This document shows positions 38,739 to 48,604 of a stretch of 64,000 bases of DNA, in pieces. The notes beneath the pieces were generated by a model. The model was not told the DNA's origin and did no database searches. It worked only from the letters and a program-made list of their open reading frames with translations. Every line of letters begins with the position of its first letter. Within the stretch, counting starts at the first letter, position 1. A program made the translations under genes and the position numbers. Origin of the DNA: Ascidiaceihabitans donghaensis (GTDB lineage Bacteria; Pseudomonadota; Alphaproteobacteria; Rhodobacterales; Rhodobacteraceae); NCBI RefSeq assembly GCF_900302465.1, contig NZ_OMOR01000001.1:2696729-2760728 (forward strand). The letters run 5' to 3'.

Positions 38739-39278
38739 TCACAACGCTTCACCACGCTTGCGCAACTCATCAAACAGCTCTTGATAAATTCCGTTGCTGT
38801 CTCCACCGCCAAAGGTCAAAGCGCCCCCCGAATACGACTGCCCGTATGTTCGGGCGACGTTGACAGTTTGAATAAGCGCAGAAATCAACTGGTCCTTTTC
38901 CAAGGACGACAATGGATGAATGAAGGTGCCCCATAAACGACCGCGCGCCACCGCATATCGCGCATCCAATGCGGAATCAAAATTCGCCTGCATCAAACGC
39001 ATTAATTCTTCCGGCTCCAAACCCTCGGCCGACCGGATAGGCACCATGGCACGCATGCGGTTGGCGGTGGGATCAGCGATTACAATGACCGGAATATCTT
39101 CGATCACCAGATCAATCCCGTTGCCAATGAAATTTGCGTCAGGGTCCAGCGCCAGAATAATCTGACCCAAACGGTCCATCGTCATGGCAGGTTCCGTGGC
39201 CGTAGGTGCGGGTGTTTCCTGTGCTGCCGCCCAACTTGTTCCCAAGACCATCACACAGACTGACAAAAATCCACGCAT
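38739..39278 (-). CDS. Hypothetical periplasmic protein (signal peptide; possible YbjN-like fold)
   Basis: Signal peptide MRGFLSVCVMVLGTSWAAAQ. No confident family. Sits between cmk and rpsA. Confidence 0.55.
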   Translation of the reverse strand: MRGFLSVCVMVLGTSWAAAQETPAPTATEPAMTMDRLGQIILALDPDANFIGNGIDLVIEDIPVIVIADPTANRMRAMVPIRSAEGLEPEELMRLMQANFDSALDARYAVARGRLWGTFIHPLSSLEKDQLISALIQTVNVARTYGQSYSGGALTFGGGDSNGIYQELFDELRKRGEAL

Positions 39279-39392
39279 CGCTTATCCCTTCGGTTGTGTA
39301 AGACCAGACTAGGCTGTGCGGCTTATCTTAGCGATGCAAACTTTAGTGAAAGATATGTCAGACGGGCGATGCGGCTGTCTGTGGCGACGTGA

Positions 39393-40007
39393 TCAACCGC
39401 GCACATCGTCAACGGCTGCAATCGCTTTTGCGACGGCTGCAGCGATCGAAAGATCCGAAGTATCGACCAGAATTGCGTCGTCTGCAGCCACCATCGGCGC
39501 ATGTGTGCGGTCGGCATCACGGGCATCACGGGCACGCACATCCGCCAACACAGTTTCGAAGCTGTCCACGCCACCTTTGGTCTTTAGCTCTTCGTAGCGG
39601 CGCGCGGCGCGGATCTCTGCGCGGGCAGTGACAAATAACTTCACTTCCGCCTGAGGGCAAATGACCGTGCCGATATCACGACCGTCCAGAACAGCGCCCC
39701 CTGCCCGTCGTGCAAAACTGCGTTGAAAATCAACCAAAGCGGCCCGCACCTGAGGGATTGTCGCCACTTTGCTGGCGGCTTGCGCGACAGCTGCGGTACG
39801 CAACGTGTCACCGCCCAAATCTTCAGCACACAAAGCAGCAGCCGCTTCTTCAGCGCGTGCGCCCTCCAGAACACGTGCCCCTACAGCGCGGTAAAGAAGG
39901 CCGGTATCAAGATGCGCAAACCCGAAATGGCCAGCCACCGCTTTTGAGATTGTGCCTTTGCCTGCGGCTGCAGGACCATCAATGGCCACTGTAAAAGGTT
40001 GGCTCAT
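39393..40007 (-). CDS. cmk: (d)CMP kinase
   Basis: P-loop in [19 protein letters not shown], typical of Cmk. 4-nt overlap with the aroA stop. Confidence 0.9.
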   Translation of the reverse strand: MSQPFTVAIDGPAAAGKGTISKAVAGHFGFAHLDTGLLYRAVGARVLEGARAEEAAAALCAEDLGGDTLRTAAVAQAASKVATIPQVRAALVDFQRSFARRAGGAVLDGRDIGTVICPQAEVKLFVTARAEIRAARRYEELKTKGGVDSFETVLADVRARDARDADRTHAPMVAADDAILVDTSDLSIAAAVAKAIAAVDDVRG

Positions 40008-41350
40008 GTGCGCGACACGTCCGCGCCCAAGCCCCCCATAAGGCCTTCGAAAATCGGGAAAGACGTCGCAATCGGACCACCGTCGTCCACACTCACCGGT
40101 GCATTGGCGGCCATCCCGAGGATCAAAAAGGACATGGCGATACGGTGGTCAAGGTGGCTGGCAGATGTGGCACCGCCCGGCACATTACCATGCCCCAACC
40201 CTGTCACAGTCCACCAGTCGGGGCCATCTTCAACCGCGATTCCATTGGCTCGCAGGCCCACGGCCATTGCATCGATGCGGTCGCTTTCCTTGACGCGCAA
40301 TTCTTTAACGCCAGCCATATGGGTTTTGCCCTTTGCAAAACTCGCCACCACCGACAGGATGGGGTATTCGTCAATCATACTGGCCGCACGCGCAGGCGGG
40401 ACATCAATCCCTTTCATGTCGGGCGAAAAACGGGCGCGTAAATCTGCGACGGGCTCGCCGCCCTCAAGGCGTTCGTTTTCATAGGTCAGGTCAGCGCCCA
40501 TGTCGCGCAGCGTGGTGAACAATCCGGCGCGCGTCGGGTTCAGGCCAATCCCTGGCACCAACACATCAGAACCTGGCGTGATGATGGCCGCGCACACAGG
40601 GAAAGCCGCACTGGACGGATCACGCGGCACGTCGATTTTCTGCGCTTGCAGCTCTGGTTGCCCTTTCAAGGTGATCACGCGGCCTGCGTCTGTCACTTCG
40701 GTGCTGATCTCAGCACCAAAACCCGCCAACATCCGTTCCGTGTGATCGCGTGTGGCTTCTTGTTCGATGACAACTGTTTCGCCGGGCGCATTCAGACCCG
40801 CCAGCAGCACTGCAGATTTCACTTGGGCCGAAGGCACTGGCACGGTGTAGCGCACAGGGATCGGTTCCGCCGCCCCCACCAACGTCATGGGCAAACGACC
40901 GCCTTCGCGCCCGACAGACTGACATCCAAACAAGGCCAAAGGATCAGTGACCCGCGCCATAGGACGACCGTTCAGGCTGGCGTCGCCTGTGAATGTAACC
41001 GTAATCGGACAGGTGGCCATAGCCCCCATGATCAGGCGCACACCCGTGCCCGAGTTGCCACAATCAATCACGTTTTCAGGTTCTGCAAAGCCGCCGACCC
41101 CGACACCATGCACCGACCAGTTGCCACCGCCATGATTTGTCACGTCTGCCCCGAAGGCTTGCATCGCTTTGGCCGTGTCCAGCACGTCCTGCCCTTCCAA
41201 AAGGCCCGAAATGGTGGTTTCACCGACGCTCATTGCCCCAAGGATCAAAGAACGGTGCGAGATTGATTTGTCGCCGGGCACCTCTGCTGTGCCAGTCAAC
41301 GGCCCACAAGGTTTGGAAATCATTGGAATTGGGGCGCCGTGGCTGGACAT
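40004..41350 (-). CDS. aroA: 3-phosphoshikimate 1-carboxyvinyltransferase (EPSP synthase)
   Basis: [17 protein letters not shown]...LEGQDVL, a class-I EPSPS N-terminus. ATG at 41350 (MSSHGAP) gives ~448 aa. Confidence 0.9.
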   Translation of the reverse strand: MSSHGAPIPMISKPCGPLTGTAEVPGDKSISHRSLILGAMSVGETTISGLLEGQDVLDTAKAMQAFGADVTNHGGGNWSVHGVGVGGFAEPENVIDCGNSGTGVRLIMGAMATCPITVTFTGDASLNGRPMARVTDPLALFGCQSVGREGGRLPMTLVGAAEPIPVRYTVPVPSAQVKSAVLLAGLNAPGETVVIEQEATRDHTERMLAGFGAEISTEVTDAGRVITLKGQPELQAQKIDVPRDPSSAAFPVCAAIITPGSDVLVPGIGLNPTRAGLFTTLRDMGADLTYENERLEGGEPVADLRARFSPDMKGIDVPPARAASMIDEYPILSVVASFAKGKTHMAGVKELRVKESDRIDAMAVGLRANGIAVEDGPDWWTVTGLGHGNVPGGATSASHLDHRIAMSFLILGMAANAPVSVDDGGPIATSFPIFEGLMGGLGADVSRT

Positions 41351-41592
41351 AGCAAGTCTCGTTTTTTGGGTCACTGTTAGCGCAACACGTAGCCTGTGTG
41401 GCGCGGCGGGTCTAGGGGCTGCGGTCCGGTACGTCATTGGACGGTTAAGCCCAAAAGCGCCTGCGACAAACGATAGGCCATTCGTGGGATGCAAAACCGT
41501 TCTTTCGGGATTGGTCCTCACTAAGCCCAGACATGAAAAAGCCCCGACCGGTTAGGATCGAGGCTTTTGCGGTTTTCGTTTGGGGCGAAGGC

Positions 41593-42489
41593 TTACGCGT
41601 TGACAGCCAAGCCTTTTTCTTTCGCCAAGCTGCGCATGCGTTCTTGCAGCTTTTCAAAAGCACGCACTTCAATCTGACGGATACGTTCGCGGCTGACGTC
41701 GTATTGACCGCTCAAATCCTCAAGCGTGACCGTCTCGTCGCTGAGACGGCGCTGTTGCAGGATGTCGCGTTCGCGGTCGTTCAGCACGTCCATTGCCTCG
41801 GCCAGCATTTCGCGGCGCACCGTTAGTTCGTCATTGGCCTCGTAATCGCCTGCTTGGTCGGCACTTTCGTCCTCCAACCAGTCTTGCCATTGCATCGTGC
41901 CTTCGCCCTCAGAGCCGACAGTCGCGTTCAGCGATGCATCCCCACCGCTGAGACGGCGGTTCATGCTGATCACTTCGGCTTCGGTCACGCCCAAATCTGT
42001 AGCGATGCGTTTCACGTTTTCGGGGCGCATGTCCCCGTCTTCCAGCGCACCGATCTTGGATTTGGCTTTGCGCAGGTTAAAGAACAACTTCTTCTGCGCG
42101 GACGTTGTGCCAAGCTTTACCAAGGACCAAGAACGCAGGATATATTCCTGAATGCTCGCGCGAATCCACCACATTGCATAGGTGCTCAGACGGAAGCCTT
42201 TTTCGGGATCAAAGCGTTTCACCGCTTGCATCAGACCCACGTTCGCTTCGGAAATCACCTCGGCTTGCGGCAAACCGTATCCACGGTAGCCCATGGCAAT
42301 TTTCGCCGCCAATCGCAGGTGAGATGTCACCATTTTATGGGCTGCCGCTGTGTCTTCTTTTTCGACCCAAGCCTTGGCGGCCATGTATTCTTCTTCCGGT
42401 TCCAGCAGCGGAAACTTGCGGATTTCCTGCATATAGCGGTTCAGACCGCCTTCTGGTGTAGGTGCCGGTAGGTTTGCGTAATTCGCCAT
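41593..42489 (-). CDS. rpoH: RNA polymerase sigma-32 factor
   Basis: RpoH box QKKLFFNLRKAK, with regions 2 and 4. 298 aa. Confidence 0.9.
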   Translation of the reverse strand: MANYANLPAPTPEGGLNRYMQEIRKFPLLEPEEEYMAAKAWVEKEDTAAAHKMVTSHLRLAAKIAMGYRGYGLPQAEVISEANVGLMQAVKRFDPEKGFRLSTYAMWWIRASIQEYILRSWSLVKLGTTSAQKKLFFNLRKAKSKIGALEDGDMRPENVKRIATDLGVTEAEVISMNRRLSGGDASLNATVGSEGEGTMQWQDWLEDESADQAGDYEANDELTVRREMLAEAMDVLNDRERDILQQRRLSDETVTLEDLSGQYDVSRERIRQIEVRAFEKLQERMRSLAKEKGLAVNA

Positions 42490-42540
42490 GTTCTGTCCCC
42501 TCCTTGTTTTTGGAGACCCATGTTTATGGGCTTAACATCG

Positions 42541-42569
42541 ATATGGGTGGGCCATTGACCTGTTTCAAG
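42541..42569 (-). promoter_or_regulatory. Sigma-32-type promoter upstream of rpoH
   Basis: Minus strand CTTGAAA-N12-CCACCCATAT, compared with the consensus CTTGAAA-N13-15-CCCCATNT. The -10 lies ~50 nt upstream of the start codon. Confidence 0.55.
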
Positions 42570-42734
42570 TAGGCCGATGACATCTTGTACTGATATTACC
42601 CTTGCACCCCAAATGTACCAGAGCTGTGACACTGCGCTCACGCGCATGTGCTGTTCGTGACAAAACGCCGGGAACTGACCATAGAGGTCTTAACAGTTCG
42701 TTAAACCCACGTTCACAGACCCAAGAAAGCCACC

Positions 42735-43547
42735 ATGACCCTGTTTTTAGTCCTTGCGATCTGCACCTTTGCCGCGATTTTCTTTTGGCGACGCCATACG
42801 GCGCAAAAACAGCGCGATTTATTACAAAGCCGGCTCAGCGACGCCCAGCGTGCGCTTATTTCACGGCATGTGCCGATGATCGGCAAGTTGCCGCCAGAAA
42901 CGCGGACCAAACTTGACGGCAAAATCGCATTGTTTCTGGATCAGGTCGATTTTGGTGGCTGCAACGGGTTGGACGTCACGGATGAAATGCGCCTGTCCAT
43001 CGCCGCGCAGGCCTGCCTTTTGGTGGTGAACACAGACCTTTGGTACGGCAATCTCACCACCATTCTTATCTACCCTAGTGCCTTTAAGTCCAAGAACATC
43101 ACCCACGATGGACGCGTTGTACGTGAAGCAGAAACCGTGCGTTTGGGCGAAAGCTGGTCAGGTGGCCCAGTGATCCTGTCATGGGCCGACAGTGCGCAAG
43201 GCGCGTTGAACAATGAGGACGGGCACAACGTGGTTCTGCACGAGTTTGCCCATCAGATTGACGATATGACTGGCAAAACCAACGGCATTCCGGTGCTGCC
43301 CGACGGCCAAAGCCTTGCCGAATGGGGGCGCGTCATGGCTGCGGCGTTTGAGCGGCACTCAAGCGAAACCCAAGCGGGGCGCAAAACCGTGATCGACCCT
43401 TACGGCGCAACGGGCTACGAGGAATTCTTTGCCACATCGGTCGAGGTTTTCTTTGAAAAGCCCGAGCAGTTGAAGCGTGACGAGCCGCAGGTTTACGCGC
43501 AGCTTGCCGCGTTGTTTAACCTTGATCCCGCGACATGGGGCGCTTAG
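42735..43547 (+). CDS. mtfA: Zinc-dependent peptidase, M90 (MtfA-like) family
   Basis: HEFAHQID zinc motif in a ~265-aa protein with an N-terminal hydrophobic segment, matching the MtfA/DgsA anti-repressor family architecture. Confidence 0.7.
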   Translation: MTLFLVLAICTFAAIFFWRRHTAQKQRDLLQSRLSDAQRALISRHVPMIGKLPPETRTKLDGKIALFLDQVDFGGCNGLDVTDEMRLSIAAQACLLVVNTDLWYGNLTTILIYPSAFKSKNITHDGRVVREAETVRLGESWSGGPVILSWADSAQGALNNEDGHNVVLHEFAHQIDDMTGKTNGIPVLPDGQSLAEWGRVMAAAFERHSSETQAGRKTVIDPYGATGYEEFFATSVEVFFEKPEQLKRDEPQVYAQLAALFNLDPATWGA

Positions 43548-44566
43548 CCCAGCGCCGCCAGCAAATCTGCCATATCACCCGGCAAAGGCGCTTCAAAGCG
43601 CATGGCCTCGCCTGATACAGGATGCACAAAACCCAACACGGCCGCATGTAAGGCTTGGCGATCAAACGCCGCAAGTGCCACCAAACCTGCCTCGGAAATC
43701 GCGCCTTTGGGCAGTTTGCGTTTGCCGCCGTAGGTCGGATCGCCCACAAGCCCGTGGCCCGCATGGGTCATATGAACACGGATTTGGTGCGTCCGTCCGG
43801 TTTCAAGCCAGCATTCCATCAGCGCCAAAACACCGGGCGTTCCAAACTGTTGCACGGTACGGGCGCGAGTGACGGCATGGCGGCCACCTTGGAACAGGAC
43901 CGCTTGGCGTTGACGGTCCGTTTTGTGACGCGCCAGCATCGTGGTGATTTTCAGGATGTTGCCGGATTCAAAATTTGCACCTTTGACCCCGCGCAACCGG
44001 GGATCATTGGCGTCGGGCACGCCAAACACCAACGCCTTGTAATAGCGTTCACACGAGTGGTCGGCAAATTGGGCTGCCAGCCCGTGGTGGGCCGCATCGG
44101 ATTTGGCGACCACCAGCAAGCCCGATGTTTCCTTGTCGATACGGTGCACGATGCCCGGACGCTTCATGCCGCCAACGCCCGAAAGATCGTCGCCGCAATG
44201 ATGCAGCAATGCATTCACCAATGTGCCCGACGGGGTGCCCGGCGCGGGATGAACGACCATGCCTGCGGGTTTGTTCACCACGATCAGGTCGGCGTCCTCA
44301 TAGATCACCTCAAGCGGAATGTCTTCCGGCAGGATGTGACTTTCGGCCGCTTCCTCGACGGTGATCTGAACGTCTGCCCCTTCTGTTACGCGCGCCCGCG
44401 GGTCTGTGACCACCACGCCATTCACCGAAACAGCACCTTGCGCGATCAATTTGGACAAACGCGACCGCGACAAAGACGCGTCCACTGGTACATCCCGCGC
44501 AACCGCCTTATCAAGACGTGCCGGGGGCTCTTCGGCGATGCGAAACCGCACGGATGTTTCAGACAT
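43544..44566 (-). CDS. rluD: RluA-family 23S rRNA pseudouridine synthase (RluD/RluC-like)
   Basis: N-terminal S4 domain (RLDKAVAR...LSRSRLSKLI) and the catalytic HRIDKETSGLLVVAK motif. ATG at 44566. Confidence 0.85.
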   Translation of the reverse strand: MSETSVRFRIAEEPPARLDKAVARDVPVDASLSRSRLSKLIAQGAVSVNGVVVTDPRARVTEGADVQITVEEAAESHILPEDIPLEVIYEDADLIVVNKPAGMVVHPAPGTPSGTLVNALLHHCGDDLSGVGGMKRPGIVHRIDKETSGLLVVAKSDAAHHGLAAQFADHSCERYYKALVFGVPDANDPRLRGVKGANFESGNILKITTMLARHKTDRQRQAVLFQGGRHAVTRARTVQQFGTPGVLALMECWLETGRTHQIRVHMTHAGHGLVGDPTYGGKRKLPKGAISEAGLVALAAFDRQALHAAVLGFVHPVSGEAMRFEAPLPGDMADLLAALG

Positions 44567-44864
44567 GGATGACAACCTTCCAGAAAACCTGCCAGAACCG
44601 GCCAACCTGCGCTTTCTACGCAGACTTGTAACCGTTCTGACCGCCACGATGCTTTTGGGCGTTGTAGTGGTGGTCGGCCTGCTTGTCACGCGACTGTCTG
44701 GATCAAAGCCGGACTTGCCTGCCAGCGTGACGCTGCCCATCGGGGCATCTGCCTTGGCCTTTACCCAAGGCGACGATTGGTACGCGGTTGTCACCGACCA
44801 AAACCAGATCTTGATCTTCGGGCGTTTGGACGGGCAGTTGCGTCAGACCATCAACGTCGACTAA
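44565..44864 (+). CDS. Hypothetical small membrane protein (99 aa)
   Basis: Single TM (LVTVLTATMLLGVVVVVGLLV). Its ATG at 44565 overlaps the divergent rluD start codon. Confidence 0.4.
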   Translation: MDDNLPENLPEPANLRFLRRLVTVLTATMLLGVVVVVGLLVTRLSGSKPDLPASVTLPIGASALAFTQGDDWYAVVTDQNQILIFGRLDGQLRQTINVD

Positions 44865-44872
44865 CCAACCCT

Positions 44873-47137
44873 TTATAACAACGGAGGCTTCGGAACCGGG
44901 GCAAGCGCCGCGTTTAATGCCGCGGACAATTCAACGGGTGGAGTCGGTTTTTGCAATAGCATGGCTTGGACTTCGCCCATTTCCTGCGATGTGAAGCCTG
45001 TATAGCCGGACATGTAAATAACCGGCTTTTCCGGATGGCGCGCCCGCACCATTCGCGCCAGTTCAAAGCCGCCGATTTTTCCGGGCATGACGACGTCTGT
45101 TAACAGAACATCGAAATTTTGCCCTGCATCAATCATGTCAATTGCGACGTTGCCTGAGGGCGCCGACACAACCAAGAACCCCAGATCCTTGATCACTTCG
45201 ACCATCACGTTCAGCAAATCTGCTTCATCTTCGACCAACATCACCGTCTGGCCTGTGCCTGCCATTGGCACATCCAAAGGCATCGGGTCTTCACGCGGGC
45301 CCGCTTCTGTGCCCCGCGGCAGAACCAGATTGATCGTCGTGCCTACGCCCTCTTCGGAGTAAATGCGCAAATCGCCATCTGCCTGTCTCACGAAGCCGTA
45401 AACAATAGACAATCCCAAGCCGGTGCCTGAGTTGGTTTCTTTGGTGGTGAAAAACGGATCAGCTGCACGCGCACGGGTTTCTTCATCCATTCCAGGGCCG
45501 TTGTCGGTCACGGAAATCTCGGTGTAGCGGTAGGCTGATGCAGCCGCTTCGGTGACCTCTAGGGGTTCAGTCAGGTTTCCAGTGGGCAACAGGACAGGCT
45601 GCGGCAATGACACAGAGCGCGCGTGCACCTTGATGGAATGTCCCACACCACTGCGCAAAATCGCATCCCGACTGTTCAGAACCAGGTTCATCAGAGCCGT
45701 TTCAAGTTGGGCATGGTCGCAATAAACCTGCAAATCGGGCGCATCGACCACGAATGTGATCGAAAGGTTTTGTTCGATCATCGGACCGACAAGCTTTTCA
45801 AACTCTTCGAACATCGGGCCAATGCTGCGGGATGTGGCCAATCCGGGTTGCTTTTTAGCAAATGCCAACAGACGTGACGTCAATTCACGACCCCGACCGA
45901 TAGATGCACTGGCAATATCCAGAAGCTCGCCTTGCCGTTCCTTGTCTTCTTGACGGCGCGCCAGATCAACGGCGTACAGCATGGAGGCCAGAAGATTGTT
46001 GAAGTCATGGGCGATGCCACCTGTCAGTTGCCCCAAGGCATCCAACCGGCTTTTGCGTTCCACAACCTGACGGTTGCGTTCGCCCACTGACACGTCATCC
46101 ACGACCAGAACGGTGCTGATATCATCGCGGGCATGTTCCAGCTTGCCGGATTGGACACGCACGTAGCGGCCCACTTCGTCGGAATTGACCCTGCTCAGCA
46201 AATGGGTTTCAGCACGCAAGTTATGACCTGTCAAAGCCCGCCGGATCGGGTCGGCACTGGCGTCCAAAGGTGTCATGCTTTCCACATCGAGAAATTGAAT
46301 CGATTCAGGCCAAGCAAAAGGTACGTCCCGCGATACGCCTCCCAAAAGATGTCGCGCCGTCGGGTTGACCATCACAACCTCCGCATTGGCGTTCAGCGCA
46401 ATAATTCCCGACGTTGCGGTGTTCAGAACGGTCTCAAGCCGGTTGCGCAGCAAAAGGGTTTCGGCATTGGCGGATTGTTCCGTGGCGCGGCTGGTGTTGA
46501 TAACGTCAACGATCAGATCCAATTCATCGTTGTAGACTTTGGGGCGATCCAACACGATTTTCTTCTCAGCGTCAAAACCGCCCTTTTCTTGCAATCTGCC
46601 GGTGATCGACAGCAGATGGCGTGACACCATCCGGTCGAATATCCAGAACATGATCAGCGATGCAATCAAGGTTTTGACGAAATTGGTCAGTAGCAAAACC
46701 ATAACTTGCGACCACAATTCATCATACACATTTTCCAAGCTCGCGGTGACACGCAGAATCCCCACAGGCGCCACATCCCCTGCACTGCGTTCAAAAGACA
46801 GTGGAAATTCTTCAACCAGAACTTCGCCCGACCCAATAGCGCCCCGCTCAAACCGTTGGCCTGTCTCAGCGACAAGGGTCACAGCAATCACATCATGTTG
46901 GGCGTAAATGCCGTCAACCAACACATCAACATGAGAGAAATTGAATTCCCACAACGCACTTTCCAACCCGGCTTGAAAACTTCCCTCTACTTCGGAAAAT
47001 TCATCGCGCACCCGGTCCAAGCCATTTTCATAAATCGTCAAAAGTTGGAACGCCGCCGCGAAAACCGAAAAAACTGCAGACGCTAAAATCATATAGGCTA
47101 CGATCCGGCGCCCCAGCTTGTGCTTGATAAATTTCAT
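44873..47137 (-). CDS. Hybrid sensor histidine kinase/response regulator with periplasmic sensor domain
   Basis: TM1, a ~135-aa periplasmic segment, then TM2 (VMVLLLTNFVKTLIASLIMFWIF). These are followed by a PAS-like region, HisKA (GGIAHDFNNLL), HATPase (GTGLGLSIVYG) and a C-terminal REC domain (LVEDEADLL...DVVMPG). Confidence 0.85.
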   Translation of the reverse strand: MKFIKHKLGRRIVAYMILASAVFSVFAAAFQLLTIYENGLDRVRDEFSEVEGSFQAGLESALWEFNFSHVDVLVDGIYAQHDVIAVTLVAETGQRFERGAIGSGEVLVEEFPLSFERSAGDVAPVGILRVTASLENVYDELWSQVMVLLLTNFVKTLIASLIMFWIFDRMVSRHLLSITGRLQEKGGFDAEKKIVLDRPKVYNDELDLIVDVINTSRATEQSANAETLLLRNRLETVLNTATSGIIALNANAEVVMVNPTARHLLGGVSRDVPFAWPESIQFLDVESMTPLDASADPIRRALTGHNLRAETHLLSRVNSDEVGRYVRVQSGKLEHARDDISTVLVVDDVSVGERNRQVVERKSRLDALGQLTGGIAHDFNNLLASMLYAVDLARRQEDKERQGELLDIASASIGRGRELTSRLLAFAKKQPGLATSRSIGPMFEEFEKLVGPMIEQNLSITFVVDAPDLQVYCDHAQLETALMNLVLNSRDAILRSGVGHSIKVHARSVSLPQPVLLPTGNLTEPLEVTEAAASAYRYTEISVTDNGPGMDEETRARAADPFFTTKETNSGTGLGLSIVYGFVRQADGDLRIYSEEGVGTTINLVLPRGTEAGPREDPMPLDVPMAGTGQTVMLVEDEADLLNVMVEVIKDLGFLVVSAPSGNVAIDMIDAGQNFDVLLTDVVMPGKIGGFELARMVRARHPEKPVIYMSGYTGFTSQEMGEVQAMLLQKPTPPVELSAALNAALAPVPKPPLL

Positions 47138-47183
47138 CGTCTGTTTTGCTCTCTGTGACACAGACGCGCGAGGGCGCAGGTCG

Positions 47184-47930
47184 TTACTCTTGAAGTGTTA
47201 CATGCTTGCTCAACAGCGCATCAAGACTGCCGTCGCGACGCATTTCGGCGAGGGCCGCGTTAAAATCAGCAACGATGCTTGCAGCGCCCGGAAAATCCCG
47301 ACGCACCGCCATATGAATATTATGAGAGGCCAAAATATGCGGTGGAATATCAACTTTGTCCGTGATGTCTGTGTCAGACCCCCGGATCGCAAATGACAGC
47401 ACCTCTTCGCTGTCCAATGTTAAATCCGCCCGATCAAATGCCACCATCTGAACGGCTTGTTGGGTTGTTGTGACAACCACCTTGTTCAGGTCTTCGGAGC
47501 GATCGAATTCGGGTTCATACAAAAAACCGTCCCCGACCGCGATTGAATAAGGCAGCAAAGCCTCCAGCGACGTCACATCATGCGTCTTGCCTTTGGCCTG
47601 CATAAACTTCACGCGCGTTTCATAAAACGGATCACTGTACAGCATGAATTTGGCAATTTCTTCATCGTAAAACAGGCTTCCAACCACATCATAGGTCCCG
47701 TCCCGCGCCCCTTTCATAATTCGGGCCCACGGAACGACATCAGAGCGCACATCGTGGCCCGCGCGTTCCAAAACCGTAGTAATAACATCAAGGGACATGC
47801 CCTTACCCGGCAAATTGGCCCCGGAAAATGGCGCCCATTCATCTGCAACGACCAGCAGTTCAGATGCCGACACGGCGCCAGCCCCAAATGCAAAGCATGC
47901 GGCAAACACAGCTTTCTTCAAAATTTTCAT
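47184..47930 (-). CDS. Periplasmic solute-binding protein, family 3 (SBP_bac_3-like)
   Basis: Signal peptide MKILKKAVFAACFAFGAGAVSA followed by a two-lobe SBP-like sequence. Lies between the response regulator and the hybrid HK. Confidence 0.7.
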   Translation of the reverse strand: MKILKKAVFAACFAFGAGAVSASELLVVADEWAPFSGANLPGKGMSLDVITTVLERAGHDVRSDVVPWARIMKGARDGTYDVVGSLFYDEEIAKFMLYSDPFYETRVKFMQAKGKTHDVTSLEALLPYSIAVGDGFLYEPEFDRSEDLNKVVVTTTQQAVQMVAFDRADLTLDSEEVLSFAIRGSDTDITDKVDIPPHILASHNIHMAVRRDFPGAASIVADFNAALAEMRRDGSLDALLSKHVTLQE

Positions 47931-47999
47931 AATTGATCCTATGTCGCGCACTGTTGGTGTTGGCCAAAGCCTACCACGTTAAGTGAGATCCGCATACAT

Positions 48000-48410
48000 T
48001 TAGTCTGGTGCATCCGCCAGAAGGGTCTCGATCTGTGCGATCAGCTGGTGTGGCGCAAATGGTTTGGCCATTGCCACGTCAGCCCCCAGTCCCTTGGCCG
48101 TCACCAAAAGATACTGCATGCCTTCATTGTGCACCGATCCTGAAATCGCGATGATCGGAATATATCGGCGCTGCGCTTCCTTGATGGTTTTGATGTTTGA
48201 GATCAGCGAATATCCCCCATCGGCCACCGGCACCCCGTCTTTTCGGATAATGATATCGGCAATCACCAGATCAAAGCGTTCCGACTTGAAGGCTGCCAAT
48301 GCGGAACTTGCGTCAACACAGGCTTTGGTTTCGTGGCCGTGTTCCGCCAATGAGGTGCAGATCAGATTGGAAAAAACCCAATTGTCTTCAAGAACCAATA
48401 TACGAGCCAT
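48000..48410 (-). CDS. Single-domain response regulator (CheY-like receiver)
   Basis: ILVLEDN ... DLVIADIII ... K in the conserved position. 136 aa. Confidence 0.85.
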   Translation of the reverse strand: MARILVLEDNWVFSNLICTSLAEHGHETKACVDASSALAAFKSERFDLVIADIIIRKDGVPVADGGYSLISNIKTIKEAQRRYIPIIAISGSVHNEGMQYLLVTAKGLGADVAMAKPFAPHQLIAQIETLLADAPD

Positions 48411-48604
48411 CAGGCATCCCGTTGCTATTAAAGTTTACCCAACAACCCAATACAACGCCTTGCCCGCGTTTGGATGAAGAGCGTGACAACTACGAATGTC
48501 ACTGTGCGCAGATTTTGGTCAACTTCGCAAAACCACCGACCTCTCGCAACCCAATTTTATGTGCCCCGTTTCCTCCGGCAGCGCGGGGTGCTACACCCGC
48601 GATC

